The notes beneath the pieces are model-generated. The model ran no database searches, was not told the DNA's origin, and saw only the letters and a list, made by a program, of their open reading frames with translations. Below, in pieces: positions 8,021-18,633 of a stretch of 48,509 nucleotides of DNA. The position numbers and the translations under genes are program-made. The stretch spans positions 1-48,509 of the forward strand of contig DASWDP010000051.1 of assembly GCA_036395195.1 (NCBI GenBank), read 5' to 3'. This DNA comes from Gemmatimonadales bacterium (GTDB taxonomy: Bacteria; Gemmatimonadota; Gemmatimonadetes; Gemmatimonadales; GWC2-71-9). How positions within the stretch are numbered: the stretch's first letter is position 1; every line of letters starts with the position of its first letter.

Positions 8021-8757
8021 GCGCATCCGTGAACCCGGTGGTCGAAGGTCCGGCCGGCTTCGTCGTCGAGCTCGAGCAGTTCTCGGGCCCCTTGGACCTG
8101 CTGCTGCACCTGATTCGCGAGGACGAGGTCGACATCACCGACCTCCCGATCGCGAAGATCGCCGATCAGTTCCTCGCGGTCATCAACGAGCTCGGGCTGA
8201 ACCAGGCGGCCGACTACCTCGAGATGGCCGCCCGGCTGTTGCGCGTCAAGGCGCAGCTGCTCCTGCCGCGCCGCCTGGGAGACGACGAGTGGGAGGATCC
8301 CCGCGCGGCGCTGGTGCGCCGCCTGCTCGAGTACCAGCAGATTCGCGAGCTGGTGGACTGGCTGGCGCAGGCCGCCGCGCGGCGGGCCGAGCAGTTCGGC
8401 CGCGGCTTCGCGCCCGAGCCGCCGTCCGCGCCGCCCGCCCCGTTGGTGATCGAGCTCAACGACCTCCTGGCGGCCGCGGAGCGGGTGATCGCGCTGATTC
8501 CCGAGCCGATGCTGCACCGCGTGGTGCCGCGGCCGCTCGACGTGGAGGGCGCGACGGCGCGGATCCAGGCGTTGCTCGCCGAGCGCGCCACGTTCGGGTG
8601 GCTCGACGTCGTGGGCGCGCGTCCCAGCATCGTGGACGTGCTGTCCGCCTTCATCGCCTTGCTCGAGCTGGCGAAGCGCGGGTCGCTGACGCTGCGGCAG
8701 GACGGGCCGTTCACCCCCATCGTGATCCGCCGTGAGCCCCCTCGCGAAGCTGCTTGA
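8017..8757 (+). CDS. scpA: segregation and condensation protein A
   Basis: FSGPLDLLLHLIREDEVDITDLPIAKIADQFL is the canonical ScpA N-terminus. GTG 8017 makes a GTGA overlap with the upstream stop; GTG 8029 is an alternative start. Confidence 0.88.
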   Translation: MSASVNPVVEGPAGFVVELEQFSGPLDLLLHLIREDEVDITDLPIAKIADQFLAVINELGLNQAADYLEMAARLLRVKAQLLLPRRLGDDEWEDPRAALVRRLLEYQQIRELVDWLAQAAARRAEQFGRGFAPEPPSAPPAPLVIELNDLLAAAERVIALIPEPMLHRVVPRPLDVEGATARIQALLAERATFGWLDVVGARPSIVDVLSAFIALLELAKRGSLTLRQDGPFTPIVIRREPPREAA

Positions 8758-9280
8758 GGCCGCGCTGTTCGCGGCGTCGCGCCCGCTCCCCGTCGGCGAG
8801 CTCCTGACGCTCGACGCGCAGGCGGGAGAGCCGGCGGTGCGCGCGGGGCTCGAGGAGATCCGCGCGGCCTACGCGGCGGAGGACCACGGCGTGGAGCTGG
8901 TGGAGATCGCGCAGGGATGGCAGTTCCTCACGCGGCGCGAGTATGCGGAGGCGGTCGAGCGCGCGCAGTTCGCGTTGCGCCCGCGCCGGCTCAGCCCGGC
9001 CGCGCTCGAGACGCTGGCCATCATCGCCTACCGGCAGCCGGTGGGGCGGATCGAGGTGGACGAGATCCGGGGGGTCGATTCGGGCGCCGTGATCGACAAG
9101 CTGCTCGAGCGCGGGTTGATCGAAGTGGTCACCCGGGGCGAGGGGCTCGGCCGGCCGCTGCTCTACGGCACCACGCCGCAGTTCCTGGAGATCCTCGGGC
9201 TGAAGGACCTGGACGAGCTGCCGCGGCTGGACGAGCTGTCGGTGGCGCTCCGGCCGCCCGCGCCCGCCGAACCAGAATGA
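8732..9280 (+). CDS. scpB: segregation and condensation protein B
   Basis: It contains LLEAALFAASRPL, GWQFLTR, LSPAALETLAIIAYRQPV and GRPLLYGTT. It follows scpA. Confidence 0.9.
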   Translation: MSPLAKLLEAALFAASRPLPVGELLTLDAQAGEPAVRAGLEEIRAAYAAEDHGVELVEIAQGWQFLTRREYAEAVERAQFALRPRRLSPAALETLAIIAYRQPVGRIEVDEIRGVDSGAVIDKLLERGLIEVVTRGEGLGRPLLYGTTPQFLEILGLKDLDELPRLDELSVALRPPAPAEPE

Positions 9281-9993
9281 CGCTGATGCGCCTGCAGCGC
9301 GCCCTGGCGCGCGCGGGCGTGACGTCGCGCCGCAAGGCCGAGGAGCTGATCCGCGCGGGCCGGGTACGCGTGGACGGCGCCGTCGCCGCGCTCGGCTCGA
9401 GCGTGGATCCGGCGCGGCAGCGCGTCACGGTGGACGGCCGGGCCGTGCGCCCAGCGCCCGTGACGTGGCTCGCGCTCAACAAGCCGGTCGGTTACGTCGT
9501 GAGCCGGGGCGATCCCGAGGGGCGGCGCACGGTGTACGACCTCCTCCCCAAGGTCCCCGGGCTCACGTACGTTGGACGGCTGGATGTGATGACGTCCGGC
9601 CTGCTGCTGCTCACCACGGACGGGGCGGGCGCCCATCACCTCATGCACCCACGCTTCGCGGTGTCGCGCACCTATTGGCTGCGGGCGCACGGGCTCGACG
9701 CCGCGGCGGTGCGCGCGGCGCTGGCCCGCCCGCCGGTGATCGACGGCCGTCCGGTGCGGGTGGTGAGCTCCCGCGCGCGGCCGGTGGACGGCGGCGTGGA
9801 GATCGAGCTCACCCTCGCCGAAGGACGCCATCGGATCGTGCGGCGGCTTGCGGAGGCGCTGGGGCTCAAGGTTGAGTGGCTGCACCGCGTCGCGTACGGG
9901 CCGGTGCGCCTGGGGCGGCTCGCCGCTGGGAAATACCGGCGGCTTTCTCCTGCCGAGATCGGGGCCATCGAGCGACTGCATGGAACTGCGTGA
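9277..9993 (+). CDS. pseudouridine synthase, RsuA/RluB family (S4 domain plus catalytic domain)
   Basis: It has the S4 block RLQRALARAGVTSRRKAEELIRAGRVRVDG, the catalytic block GRLDVMTSGLLLLTTDG and the block EGRHRIVRR. There is an ATGA overlap with scpB. Confidence 0.9.
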   Translation: MTLMRLQRALARAGVTSRRKAEELIRAGRVRVDGAVAALGSSVDPARQRVTVDGRAVRPAPVTWLALNKPVGYVVSRGDPEGRRTVYDLLPKVPGLTYVGRLDVMTSGLLLLTTDGAGAHHLMHPRFAVSRTYWLRAHGLDAAAVRAALARPPVIDGRPVRVVSSRARPVDGGVEIELTLAEGRHRIVRRLAEALGLKVEWLHRVAYGPVRLGRLAAGKYRRLSPAEIGAIERLHGTA

Positions 9994-11632
9994 TCGGACG
10001 GCGATGATCCTGGGCGGCAGCGGGCTGGTCGGGCGCGCCGTGGCCCGCCGGTTGCTCGCGGCCGCCCCGCGCCGGATCGTGCTCGTGGCGCTGTTCGAGG
10101 ACGAGGTGAAGGCCACGGCCCGCACGCTCGAGCCCTACCGCGGCCGCACGGCGATCGACGTCGAGTGGGGCGACGTCTTCATCCCCGCCGACCTGGCGCG
10201 GCTCGAGCACGGCGCGATCGTCAACCAGCCCGAGCACCGCGCGCTGCTGCTGCACGACCTCCTCGGGGACCTGACCGACGACATCCTGGACCGCAGCTTC
10301 CTGTGCCAGCTCTTGATGAAGTACCGCCCCGAGGCGGTCGTGGACAGCATCAACACCGCGACCGCCTTCGCCTATGAGGACATCGTGCACAGCGCGCAGC
10401 AGCTCCTGGAGCTCGCGGCGGAGGGGAAGCTCGACCGGGCGGCGGTGGAGCGGCACGTGCTCGTGCTGACGACGCCGCGGCTCATCCGGCACGTGCAGAT
10501 CCTCCACGAGGCGCTGCGGCGCGCCGAGACGAAGGCGTACGTCAAGATCGGGACGAGCGGCACGGGCGGGATGGGCTTCAACATTCCCTACACGCACTCC
10601 GAGGAGCGACCGAGCCGCACCCTGCTCGCGAAATCCGCAGTGGCGGGGGCGCAGTCGCTGCTGCTGTTTCTCATGGGTCGCACCCCCGGCGCGCCCGCGA
10701 CGGTGGAGATCAAGCCGACGGCGACGATCGCCTGGCGCGAGATCGGGTTCGGACCGATCCGCCGCAAGGGGAAGCCGATTCCGCTCGTCGATTGCCCTTC
10801 CCCGGTGCCGCTGGCGGAGGCGTTCCGCCCCGACGCGCGCCCGTGGTGCGAGCTCGGCAAGGCGCTCGAAGGGGTGTTCATCGACGTGGGCGAAAACGGG
10901 CTGTTCTCGCGCGATGAATTCGAGACGGTGACGGCGCTCGGCCAGATGGAGTTCATCACACCGGAAGAGGTCGCGGAGTACGTGCTGATGGAGCTCGAGG
11001 GCCGGGCCACCGGGCGCGACGTGGTGGCCGCGCTCGACGCCGCCACCGCCGGCCCGACCTATCGGGCGGCGCTGCTGCGGGCGCACGCGCTCGAGCACCT
11101 CCGCACCCTCGAGCACCAGACCCAGAGCCGCAGCGTCGCGTACGAGATGCTCGGGCCGCCCCGGCTCACCAAGCTGCTGTGGGAGGCGCACCTGTGCGCG
11201 CTGCTGTGCCCGAGCGTACGGCAGCTCGCCCAGTCCAAGGCGAAGCAGCTCGCCGCGGAGGCCCACGCGCTCGTGACCCGCGACGCGGCGCTGCGGAGCC
11301 ATATTGTGTCGGTGGGAATCCCGATCCTGGCGCCGGACGGCGAGCGGTTGTACCGCGGCAGTCTGGTCGTCGTACCCCCCTCCGGGGACGGGTATGACCC
11401 CCGGGCCGCGGCGCCGCGCGGCTGGGTGGACCTGCGGCCGGAGCAGTTCGGGATGTGGGTCAAGCGGGCCCAGGAAATGGTGGCCCAGGCCGAGCGACGT
11501 CGCAGCCGCGCGGCGGAGTCGGGGAGCGACGTGGACTGGACGGCCATCGGCGCCGACGATCCGATCGAGCCGGCCCGGTTCGCCACGTGGGTCTTCCGAT
11601 ACGAAGACCGGGGGGAGCGGATCAAGCGCTGA
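9980..11632 (+). CDS. uncharacterised 550-aa protein with an N-terminal Rossmann-type NAD(P)-binding motif
   Basis: ILGGSGLVGRAV (GxxGxxG) is followed by an SDR/CapD-like layout. I cannot assign the C-terminal ~300 aa. Third positions are strongly G/C-rich, and it overlaps the upstream gene by 14 nt. Confidence 0.6.
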   Translation: MELRDRTAMILGGSGLVGRAVARRLLAAAPRRIVLVALFEDEVKATARTLEPYRGRTAIDVEWGDVFIPADLARLEHGAIVNQPEHRALLLHDLLGDLTDDILDRSFLCQLLMKYRPEAVVDSINTATAFAYEDIVHSAQQLLELAAEGKLDRAAVERHVLVLTTPRLIRHVQILHEALRRAETKAYVKIGTSGTGGMGFNIPYTHSEERPSRTLLAKSAVAGAQSLLLFLMGRTPGAPATVEIKPTATIAWREIGFGPIRRKGKPIPLVDCPSPVPLAEAFRPDARPWCELGKALEGVFIDVGENGLFSRDEFETVTALGQMEFITPEEVAEYVLMELEGRATGRDVVAALDAATAGPTYRAALLRAHALEHLRTLEHQTQSRSVAYEMLGPPRLTKLLWEAHLCALLCPSVRQLAQSKAKQLAAEAHALVTRDAALRSHIVSVGIPILAPDGERLYRGSLVVVPPSGDGYDPRAAAPRGWVDLRPEQFGMWVKRAQEMVAQAERRRSRAAESGSDVDWTAIGADDPIEPARFATWVFRYEDRGERIKR

Positions 11633-11636
11633 CCTC

Positions 11637-13168
11637 ATGGCAGCGGATACCGCAGGAATCGACCGCGCGCTCGGCGCCATCGGCACGACGTTCCGGCTGA
11701 TGCGCCTCTATCCGCCGAGCCACCCGGCGGTGCTGGAAGCGCTGCGCCAGATCGGCGAGGCGCTGCCGTTGCTCGCAGCGCTCGGCACCGTCGAATGGAA
11801 GATCGGCGCCACCGGCCTGCACTGGCAGGGTCAGCATATGCTGCCGCGCAACACGCAGATCGCGGAGCTCGCCGGGTTGCTGTACGCGCGGGGCGTGCGT
11901 GCCATGACGCTGAATCCCGGCATGACCGCCGACCACGTCCTCGCCCTCTTTAAGGTCGCCATGGGCACGATCCTGCCCGACGACCCGACGCTGGGGCGGG
12001 TGACGCTCGCGCTGGCCCGCCGCACGACGGCGCGGCTCGAGCGGTTGCGCACGCCGGCGCCGCCCGACGCGCCGCCGGCCGCCGGGGGAGGGGCCGCAGC
12101 GCCGCCGCGGCCCGCGGCGCCCGCAGCCGACGCCGGTCTCGCGGGGAAGCGGCCCAGCACCGTGTTCCGGTCCGACGTGCTGCCGCCCGAGGTCGAGGCG
12201 AAGCGCGCTGTCACCGGGCTCAAAGCGGCGGCGACGCCGGAGGAGCAGCGCTCGGCGGTGGACAAGCTGGCCGCTCTGGCGCCCGCCCTGCTGCAGCAGC
12301 GCGACGCGGCCACGGTGGCGGATGCGATCGCCGCGCTCGACCGCCTGCTCCTGGCGGCGCAGGATGCGGATCTGCTGGCAGCGATCGACAAGGCGGCCCT
12401 CGCGCTCTCCGACCGCACCCTGGTCGAGCGGATGGTCCAGCGGATGGGTGAGGCGCGCGTGCCACCGGAGGAGCGTGAAGCGCTCGTCGCGGCGGTCGGG
12501 GCGCTCGCCGCGCTGTCGATGCCGCTGCTTCTGGACGCGTTCATCGCCACGCGGCTCGACTCCCGCGCGCCGTACCGCGCGGCGGTGCGCAAGGCGGCCG
12601 ATCGGGCGCTCGAGCCGCTCCAGAGCCGGCTCGCGGACAAGGACCCGCAGCTGGTGGCGGCGGCGGCGGAGCTGATCGGGCTCACCGGGAGCCCGCAGGC
12701 GGCGGCGCTGCTCGTGCCGCTGATCCGGCACCGCTCCGAGTTCGTGCGGGAGGCCGCCCTGCTCGGTCTCGCCGAGGCCGGGGGGCGGGAGATCTCACGG
12801 CCGGTGATGCCCGCCTTGAAGGACGAAAGCGTGATGGTCCGGCTGGCGGCGGCCCGCGCGGTCGCCGCCGGGGGCGACCCCGCGTCGTCCACCGTCCTCA
12901 TCCGGCGGCTGGACCAGGAGCCGGACGAAGGGGTACAGGCGGAGTTGTTGCGGGCCATCGGGCGGCTCGGGGCGACGGAAGCGCTGGAGGTGCTGGCGCG
13001 TTACGCCGAGCCGGGAGGTCGGATGAGCCGCCGCCGGAACACGACGGTGCGGGCGGCCGCGGTGGACGGGCTGCGCCACATCGCGCGGCCCGAGGCGCGG
13101 GGGCTGTTGGAACTCTACAGCAGGGACAAGGAGCCGGCGGTGCGAAAGGCGGCGGAGGCGGCGCTGAA

Positions 13169-13172
<4 letters not shown>
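11637..13172 (+). CDS. HEAT-repeat protein (511 aa) with an unassigned N-terminal domain; function unknown
   Basis: The C-terminal third has repeated VR.AA...L blocks (VREAALLGLAEAG, VMVRLAAARAVAAGG, VQAELLRAIGRLG, VRAAAVDGLRHI, PAVRKAAEAAL). The stop overlaps the moxR start (ATGA). Confidence 0.65.
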
Positions 13173-14139
<967 letters not shown>

Positions 14140-14143
<4 letters not shown>

Positions 14144-15081
14144 CGTACGAAGGACAAGAGCGTCGGCGTGGCGGCACACCCCCGGTCCGCATCCGCCGGC
14201 GGGCCGTCACCCCCGAAATCCTGCGACAGGTCAAGGGGATCGAGCTCCGCGCTCGCTCCCTCGTCAACTCCCTCTTTACGGGCGAATACCGCTCGGTCTT
14301 CCGCGGGCAGGGCATCGAGTTCGCGGAGGTGCGCGCGTACCAGCAGGGGGACGACTTCCGCGCCATCGACTGGAACGTCTCGGCGCGGATGGGCCACCCT
14401 TTCGTGAAGACATTCCACGAGGAGCGGGAGATCACGCTGCTCCTCGTGGTGGACCAGTCCGGGTCGTGCCAGTTCGGCCGTCCCTACACCAAGGCGGGGC
14501 TGGCCGTGGAGGTGGCCGCGGTGCTCGCGCTGGCGGCGGCGCGCCACAACGACCGCGTGGGCGCGCTCATGTTCGCGGACAAGGTCGAGTACGTGGTGCG
14601 TCCCGCGAAGGGACGGCCGCACGCGCTGCGCGTGATCCGCGACCTGGTCGCGTTCACGCCGCGGGGGCAGGGTACGAACCTGGGCGAGGCGCTGCGCTAC
14701 GCCGCGAAGCTGCTGCGCCACCGCTCCATCCTCGTCGTGCTCTCGGACTTCCGGGGGGACGGCTGGGAAGATCCCCTGGCGCAACTCGCGGCCGGCCACG
14801 ACGTGGTCGCCATCACGATCGACGATCCGCGCGAGCTCGAGCTGCCCGACGCCGGCTGGGTGGACATGGAGGACGCCGAGACCGGCCAGCGGGTGCTCCT
14901 CGACACGAGCCACGGCCCGACCCGCACGCGCGTGCGGGTCGCGGCGGAGCGGCAGCTGCGCGAGCGCGGCCGCAGGCTGATCCAGGCAGGCGTGGACCGC
15001 GTGGCACTCCAGACGAGCGTCCCCTACGGCGTGCCTTTGCGGCGGGCGTTCGCCGAACGCGCGCGACGGCTGAAACGATGA
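14140..15081 (+). CDS. DUF58 domain protein (vWA-like partner of MoxR)
   Basis: It contains GEYRSVFRGQGIEFAEVRAYQQGDDFRAIDWNVSAR and the vWA-like block LLLVVDQSGS. There is a GTGA overlap with moxR. Confidence 0.9.
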
Positions 15082-15971
15082 ACCCCCGTTGTAGGACGCT
15101 ACGACGCTACGTTGTACGAGGTGCGGCCAGGACGGTCCTCGGTGTTATCGTTGGCGTCTTGGCGTCCTGGCGTCTGGCAACGGGGCAGGGCGGTGACTGG
15201 GTTGCCACTCCGGCTCGTCCGACGGTCGGAGATACGATTTGGCTCCAGCGTTTGATTAGCGTACCGGGGGGATGGCGGGTGCGGGCGGGGAAGCTCGAGG
15301 CCACCGAGCAAGTCGAGGCGCTCGGCGACCCCGCGGTGCTCCGGGTTCCAGGAGGGTGGGTGGTGCGCTACCCCGTGGTCGCGTGGGCCCCCGGGGCCGA
15401 GACCATCGCGCTGCCGCCGATCTGGCGGCTCGGTCCCGACGGCCGGGCCGACTCGACGGGCGGTGGCACGGCGAGCTTCACCGTCGCGAGCGTCCTTCCG
15501 GATACGCTGCGTCGGGCGGCGCCGCGGGGGCTCATCGGCCCCCTGCGCCCCGAGCGCCGCAATCCACTCCTGCCGCTCGCCGCCGTCGCCGTATCCGCCG
15601 GCGTGCTCGCGGCCGGGATCGTGTTGCGACGGCGTCCGCCACGCGAGGTCGTCGCCCCGGTTCACGTTCCAGTGGAACATGAGGTCCCGGACGCCCGCTG
15701 GCTGGCCGCCGGGGAGCCGAAGGCGGTGGCCGCGCGGGCGACGTGGCACCTGCGCGCGGCACTCGCCCGCGCGGTCCCCGAGGCGCACCCTGCGCTCAGC
15801 ACGCAGGAGTGCCTCGCCGTCGTCGCGCGGGTCCGGCCCGACGCGCCGGTGCGCGAGCTGCGGGACCTGCTCGAGCAGCTCGACCGCGTGGCGTTCGCCT
15901 CCGCCCACGGCACCGACGTGGCTGGCCTCGCCGCGATGGCCCGCGGGCTCGCCCAGGAACTCGCCCCGTGA
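15078..15971 (+). CDS. membrane protein occupying the DUF4381 slot of Bat/MoxR operons, with an extra ~140-aa N-terminal extracytoplasmic domain
   Basis: It has an N-terminal signal or TM segment, a central TM (LLPLAAVAVSAGVLAAGIVL), and a C-terminal helical region ending in a DUF4381-like ...TQECLAVV...LLEQLDRVAFA. It has ATGA/GTGA overlaps on both sides. Confidence 0.6.
   Translation: MNPRCRTLRRYVVRGAARTVLGVIVGVLASWRLATGQGGDWVATPARPTVGDTIWLQRLISVPGGWRVRAGKLEATEQVEALGDPAVLRVPGGWVVRYPVVAWAPGAETIALPPIWRLGPDGRADSTGGGTASFTVASVLPDTLRRAAPRGLIGPLRPERRNPLLPLAAVAVSAGVLAAGIVLRRRPPREVVAPVHVPVEHEVPDARWLAAGEPKAVAARATWHLRAALARAVPEAHPALSTQECLAVVARVRPDAPVRELRDLLEQLDRVAFASAHGTDVAGLAAMARGLAQELAP
15093..15178 (+). 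repeat. inverted pair of octamer arrays (GACGCTAC x2-3 at 15093-15118; GGCGTCTT GGCGTCCT GGCGTCTG at 15149-15178) inside codons 6-34 of the CDS
   Basis: Read directly from the sequence. The arms pair only when G-U pairs and two mismatches are allowed. The central spacer contains the palindrome AGGACGGTCCT. Confidence 0.55.
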
Positions 15972-16948
15972 GCTTCGCGCGGCCGATCCTGCTGCTCGTC
16001 CTCGCCGCGCTCCCGCTCTGGTGGTGGCTCCGCAACAAGCGCCTGGGCGGGCTCCGCGGCACGCGCATGAGCGACGTCCGGCCCGCGAGCGGGGTGGCGG
16101 CGCGGCTGTGGGTCGCCCGGCTGCCCGTGAGCCTCCGGAGCCTGTGCCTCGGGGCGTGGATCGTCGCCGCCGCCGGTCCCCGGGTCGGGGCGGCGCGCAC
16201 CGAGACGCGCAGCGAAGGAATCTCGATCGTGCTCGCCATTGATCTGTCGAGCAGCATGCTGGCCGAGGACTTCGCGCCGGCGAACCGGATCGACGTGGCG
16301 AAGCGGACGGCGCTCGACTTCGTGCAGGCGCGCGCGTCCGACCGGATCGGCCTGGTCGCGTTCGCGGCCCAGGCGCTGACGCTCGTGCCCCTCACCAACG
16401 ACTACGCCGTGCTCGACCAGGCGCTGCGCGATCTGAAGATCGGCATCCTCGAGGACGGGACCGCCATCGGTACGGGCATCGGCACCGCGGCGAACCGGCT
16501 GCGGCGCGCTCCGGGGAAGAGCAAGGTGATGGTGCTGATCACCGACGGCGTCAACAACCGCGGCACCGTGGACCCGCGAACGGCGGCGCAGGCGGCGGCG
16601 GCGCTCGGCATCCGGATCTACGTGATCGGGGTCGGCATCCGGGGAGAGGCTCCCGTGCCGACGGGCCAGGGGCTCGAGGGTCTCCGCTATCAGATGATGC
16701 CGGTCGAGATCGACGAGCCGCTCATGACCGAGATCGCTTCGATGACCGGGGGGCGCTACTACCGCGCCACCGACACGGAGTCGCTGCGGCACGTGTTCGA
16801 GGAAATCAACCGGCTGGAGAAGACGACCGTGGAGCAGGTCGTGTACCGGCGCTACGAGGAAGCGTACCGGGTCCCGCTGGCGCTGGGACTCCTGGCCCTG
16901 GCGCTCGAGGTCGTCCTCTCGGCGACGCTCGCGATCCGGGTGCCCTGA
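15968..16948 (+). CDS. batA: BatA-like vWA-domain membrane protein
   Basis: It has the N-terminal TM LLLVLAALPLWWW, the vWA MIDAS block VLAIDLSSSM, the block MVLITDGVNN and a C-terminal TM. There is a GTGA overlap upstream. Confidence 0.85.
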   Translation: MSFARPILLLVLAALPLWWWLRNKRLGGLRGTRMSDVRPASGVAARLWVARLPVSLRSLCLGAWIVAAAGPRVGAARTETRSEGISIVLAIDLSSSMLAEDFAPANRIDVAKRTALDFVQARASDRIGLVAFAAQALTLVPLTNDYAVLDQALRDLKIGILEDGTAIGTGIGTAANRLRRAPGKSKVMVLITDGVNNRGTVDPRTAAQAAAALGIRIYVIGVGIRGEAPVPTGQGLEGLRYQMMPVEIDEPLMTEIASMTGGRYYRATDTESLRHVFEEINRLEKTTVEQVVYRRYEEAYRVPLALGLLALALEVVLSATLAIRVP

Positions 16949-18633
16949 TGACCTTCGACGCCCCGGTGGTGCTGGCGCTGGCGCCGCTGGTCGGCGGCGC
17001 GATGTGGTTCGCGGCGGCGTGGGCCCGGCGCGCGCGCATCCGGCGCGCGGCTCTGTGGTCGGAAGAGACGGTGCGCCGCGCGCTCGCCGCGGGACGCCTC
17101 GGGCCCACCGCGCTCTCGGTGTCCGCGTTCCTCGGCGTCGTGGCGCTGGCCGGCCCGCGGTGGGGTGAAGAGCGGATCGTGACGGAGACCCGCGGGCTCT
17201 CGCTCGTGATCGCCGTGGACATCTCACGCTCGATGCTCGCCGAGGACGCGCGCCCGAGCCGCCTGGGGCGCGCGCTGCGCGAGGCGCGGCGGCTCCTGCA
17301 GGACCTGGACGGCGACCGGATCGGCCTGGTCGCCTTCGCCGGCTCGAGCTATATCCTGGCGCCGCTCTCGATCGACGGCTCCGCGCTCACGCTCTACCTC
17401 GACGCGCTCGATCCCGACGTCGCCTCCGAAGGGGGGACCGCCCTCGCGCCGGCGCTGCGCCAGGGCGCGGAGCTGCTGCGCGCCGGCTCCGACCTGGCCG
17501 ACCGCGTGCTGGTCGTGTTCACCGACGGCGAAGCGCACGACACCCTCGCCGGGATCGTCGCCCAGGCGGAGCGTCTCCGGGCGGCCGGCGTCCACCTGAT
17601 TCTCGTCGCCGAAGGCGGCCGGGCGCCCGCGCGCATCCCCGTGCGCGACGATCGCCGGACGCTGGTCGGCTGGCAGCGAAGCGACGAAGGCGCGGTGATC
17701 GAGACGGCGCGGCGTGACGACGTGCTGGGCGCCGTCGCGGACGCGGCGCAGGGGACGCTCGTCGCCGCCGACCTCCCCGATCAGGCGGGCGCGGTGCGCG
17801 ACCTCGTCGCGTCGTACAAGCGCGCCCGCGCGAGCGAGAGCCGCGCCGAGCGCGGGCGCGCCCGCGCCTGGGTGCCGCTCATGCTCGCCGCCCTGCTGCT
17901 CGTGGTGCAGGCCGCCACCCGGCGCACCGCGGCGCTCATCGGGCTCGCGCTGATCTGCCTCACTCCGCCGCGGGCGGTGGCGCAGCAGCCGCCCCCCCCC
18001 TCGTCCCCCCCGCCCTCCCGCCCGCGCACGCCCGCGGAGAAGGCGTGGGATGCGCGGCAGCTCGCGCGGGCGCGCGAGGCCTACATGACGGAGCTTGCCA
18101 GGCGCCGCCACGACGATACCGCTTGGTACAACGCCGGGACCGCGGCCCTCGCCGACTCGGACGCCGAAACGGCGCAGGCGGCCCTGACGCACGCCGGCGC
18201 CTCGCTCGACCCCGAGCTGCGGTTCCGCGCCCTCTACAACCTCGGACTGCTGGGGCTGCGCCTCGCCGACGCGGACAGCGCGAACCGCGACGCCCACCTC
18301 ACGGACGCCGAGCGCGCCTACCGCGAGGCGCTGTTGCTGCAGCCGGGCAACGTCGCCGCCAAATGGAACCTCGAGCTCGCGGTCCGGCGGCGCGGCGGCG
18401 GGTCGAGCACCCGGCAGAACGCACCACCCTCGGGCGGCGGCGGGGGAGGCGGCGGGGGCGGTGGTGGTCAGGGGGGTGGTGGCGCCCGGGGCGATGGGGG
18501 GCAGGCCGGAGGACTCAGCCAGGCTCAGGCGGACGAGATCCTCCGGTCGCTCGGCCAGGAGGAGCTGAACACGCGGCGCGACCGCACCGGCCACCTGCGA
18601 CGCGCCGCCGAGCCGGGGGTGAAGGACTGGTGA
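16948..18633 (+). CDS. fused BatB-like vWA domain plus BatC-like TPR domain protein, with a Pro-rich linker and a Gly-rich tract
   Basis: It contains the vWA block VIAVDISRSM, the block LVVFTDGEAHD, a TM segment, TPR-like AWYNAGTAAL...ALYNLGLLGL, then GGGGGGGGGGGQGGGG and the C-terminal block SQAQADEILRSLGQEE. Confidence 0.8.
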   Translation: MTFDAPVVLALAPLVGGAMWFAAAWARRARIRRAALWSEETVRRALAAGRLGPTALSVSAFLGVVALAGPRWGEERIVTETRGLSLVIAVDISRSMLAEDARPSRLGRALREARRLLQDLDGDRIGLVAFAGSSYILAPLSIDGSALTLYLDALDPDVASEGGTALAPALRQGAELLRAGSDLADRVLVVFTDGEAHDTLAGIVAQAERLRAAGVHLILVAEGGRAPARIPVRDDRRTLVGWQRSDEGAVIETARRDDVLGAVADAAQGTLVAADLPDQAGAVRDLVASYKRARASESRAERGRARAWVPLMLAALLLVVQAATRRTAALIGLALICLTPPRAVAQQPPPPSSPPPSRPRTPAEKAWDARQLARAREAYMTELARRRHDDTAWYNAGTAALADSDAETAQAALTHAGASLDPELRFRALYNLGLLGLRLADADSANRDAHLTDAERAYREALLLQPGNVAAKWNLELAVRRRGGGSSTRQNAPPSGGGGGGGGGGGGQGGGGARGDGGQAGGLSQAQADEILRSLGQEELNTRRDRTGHLRRAAEPGVKDW

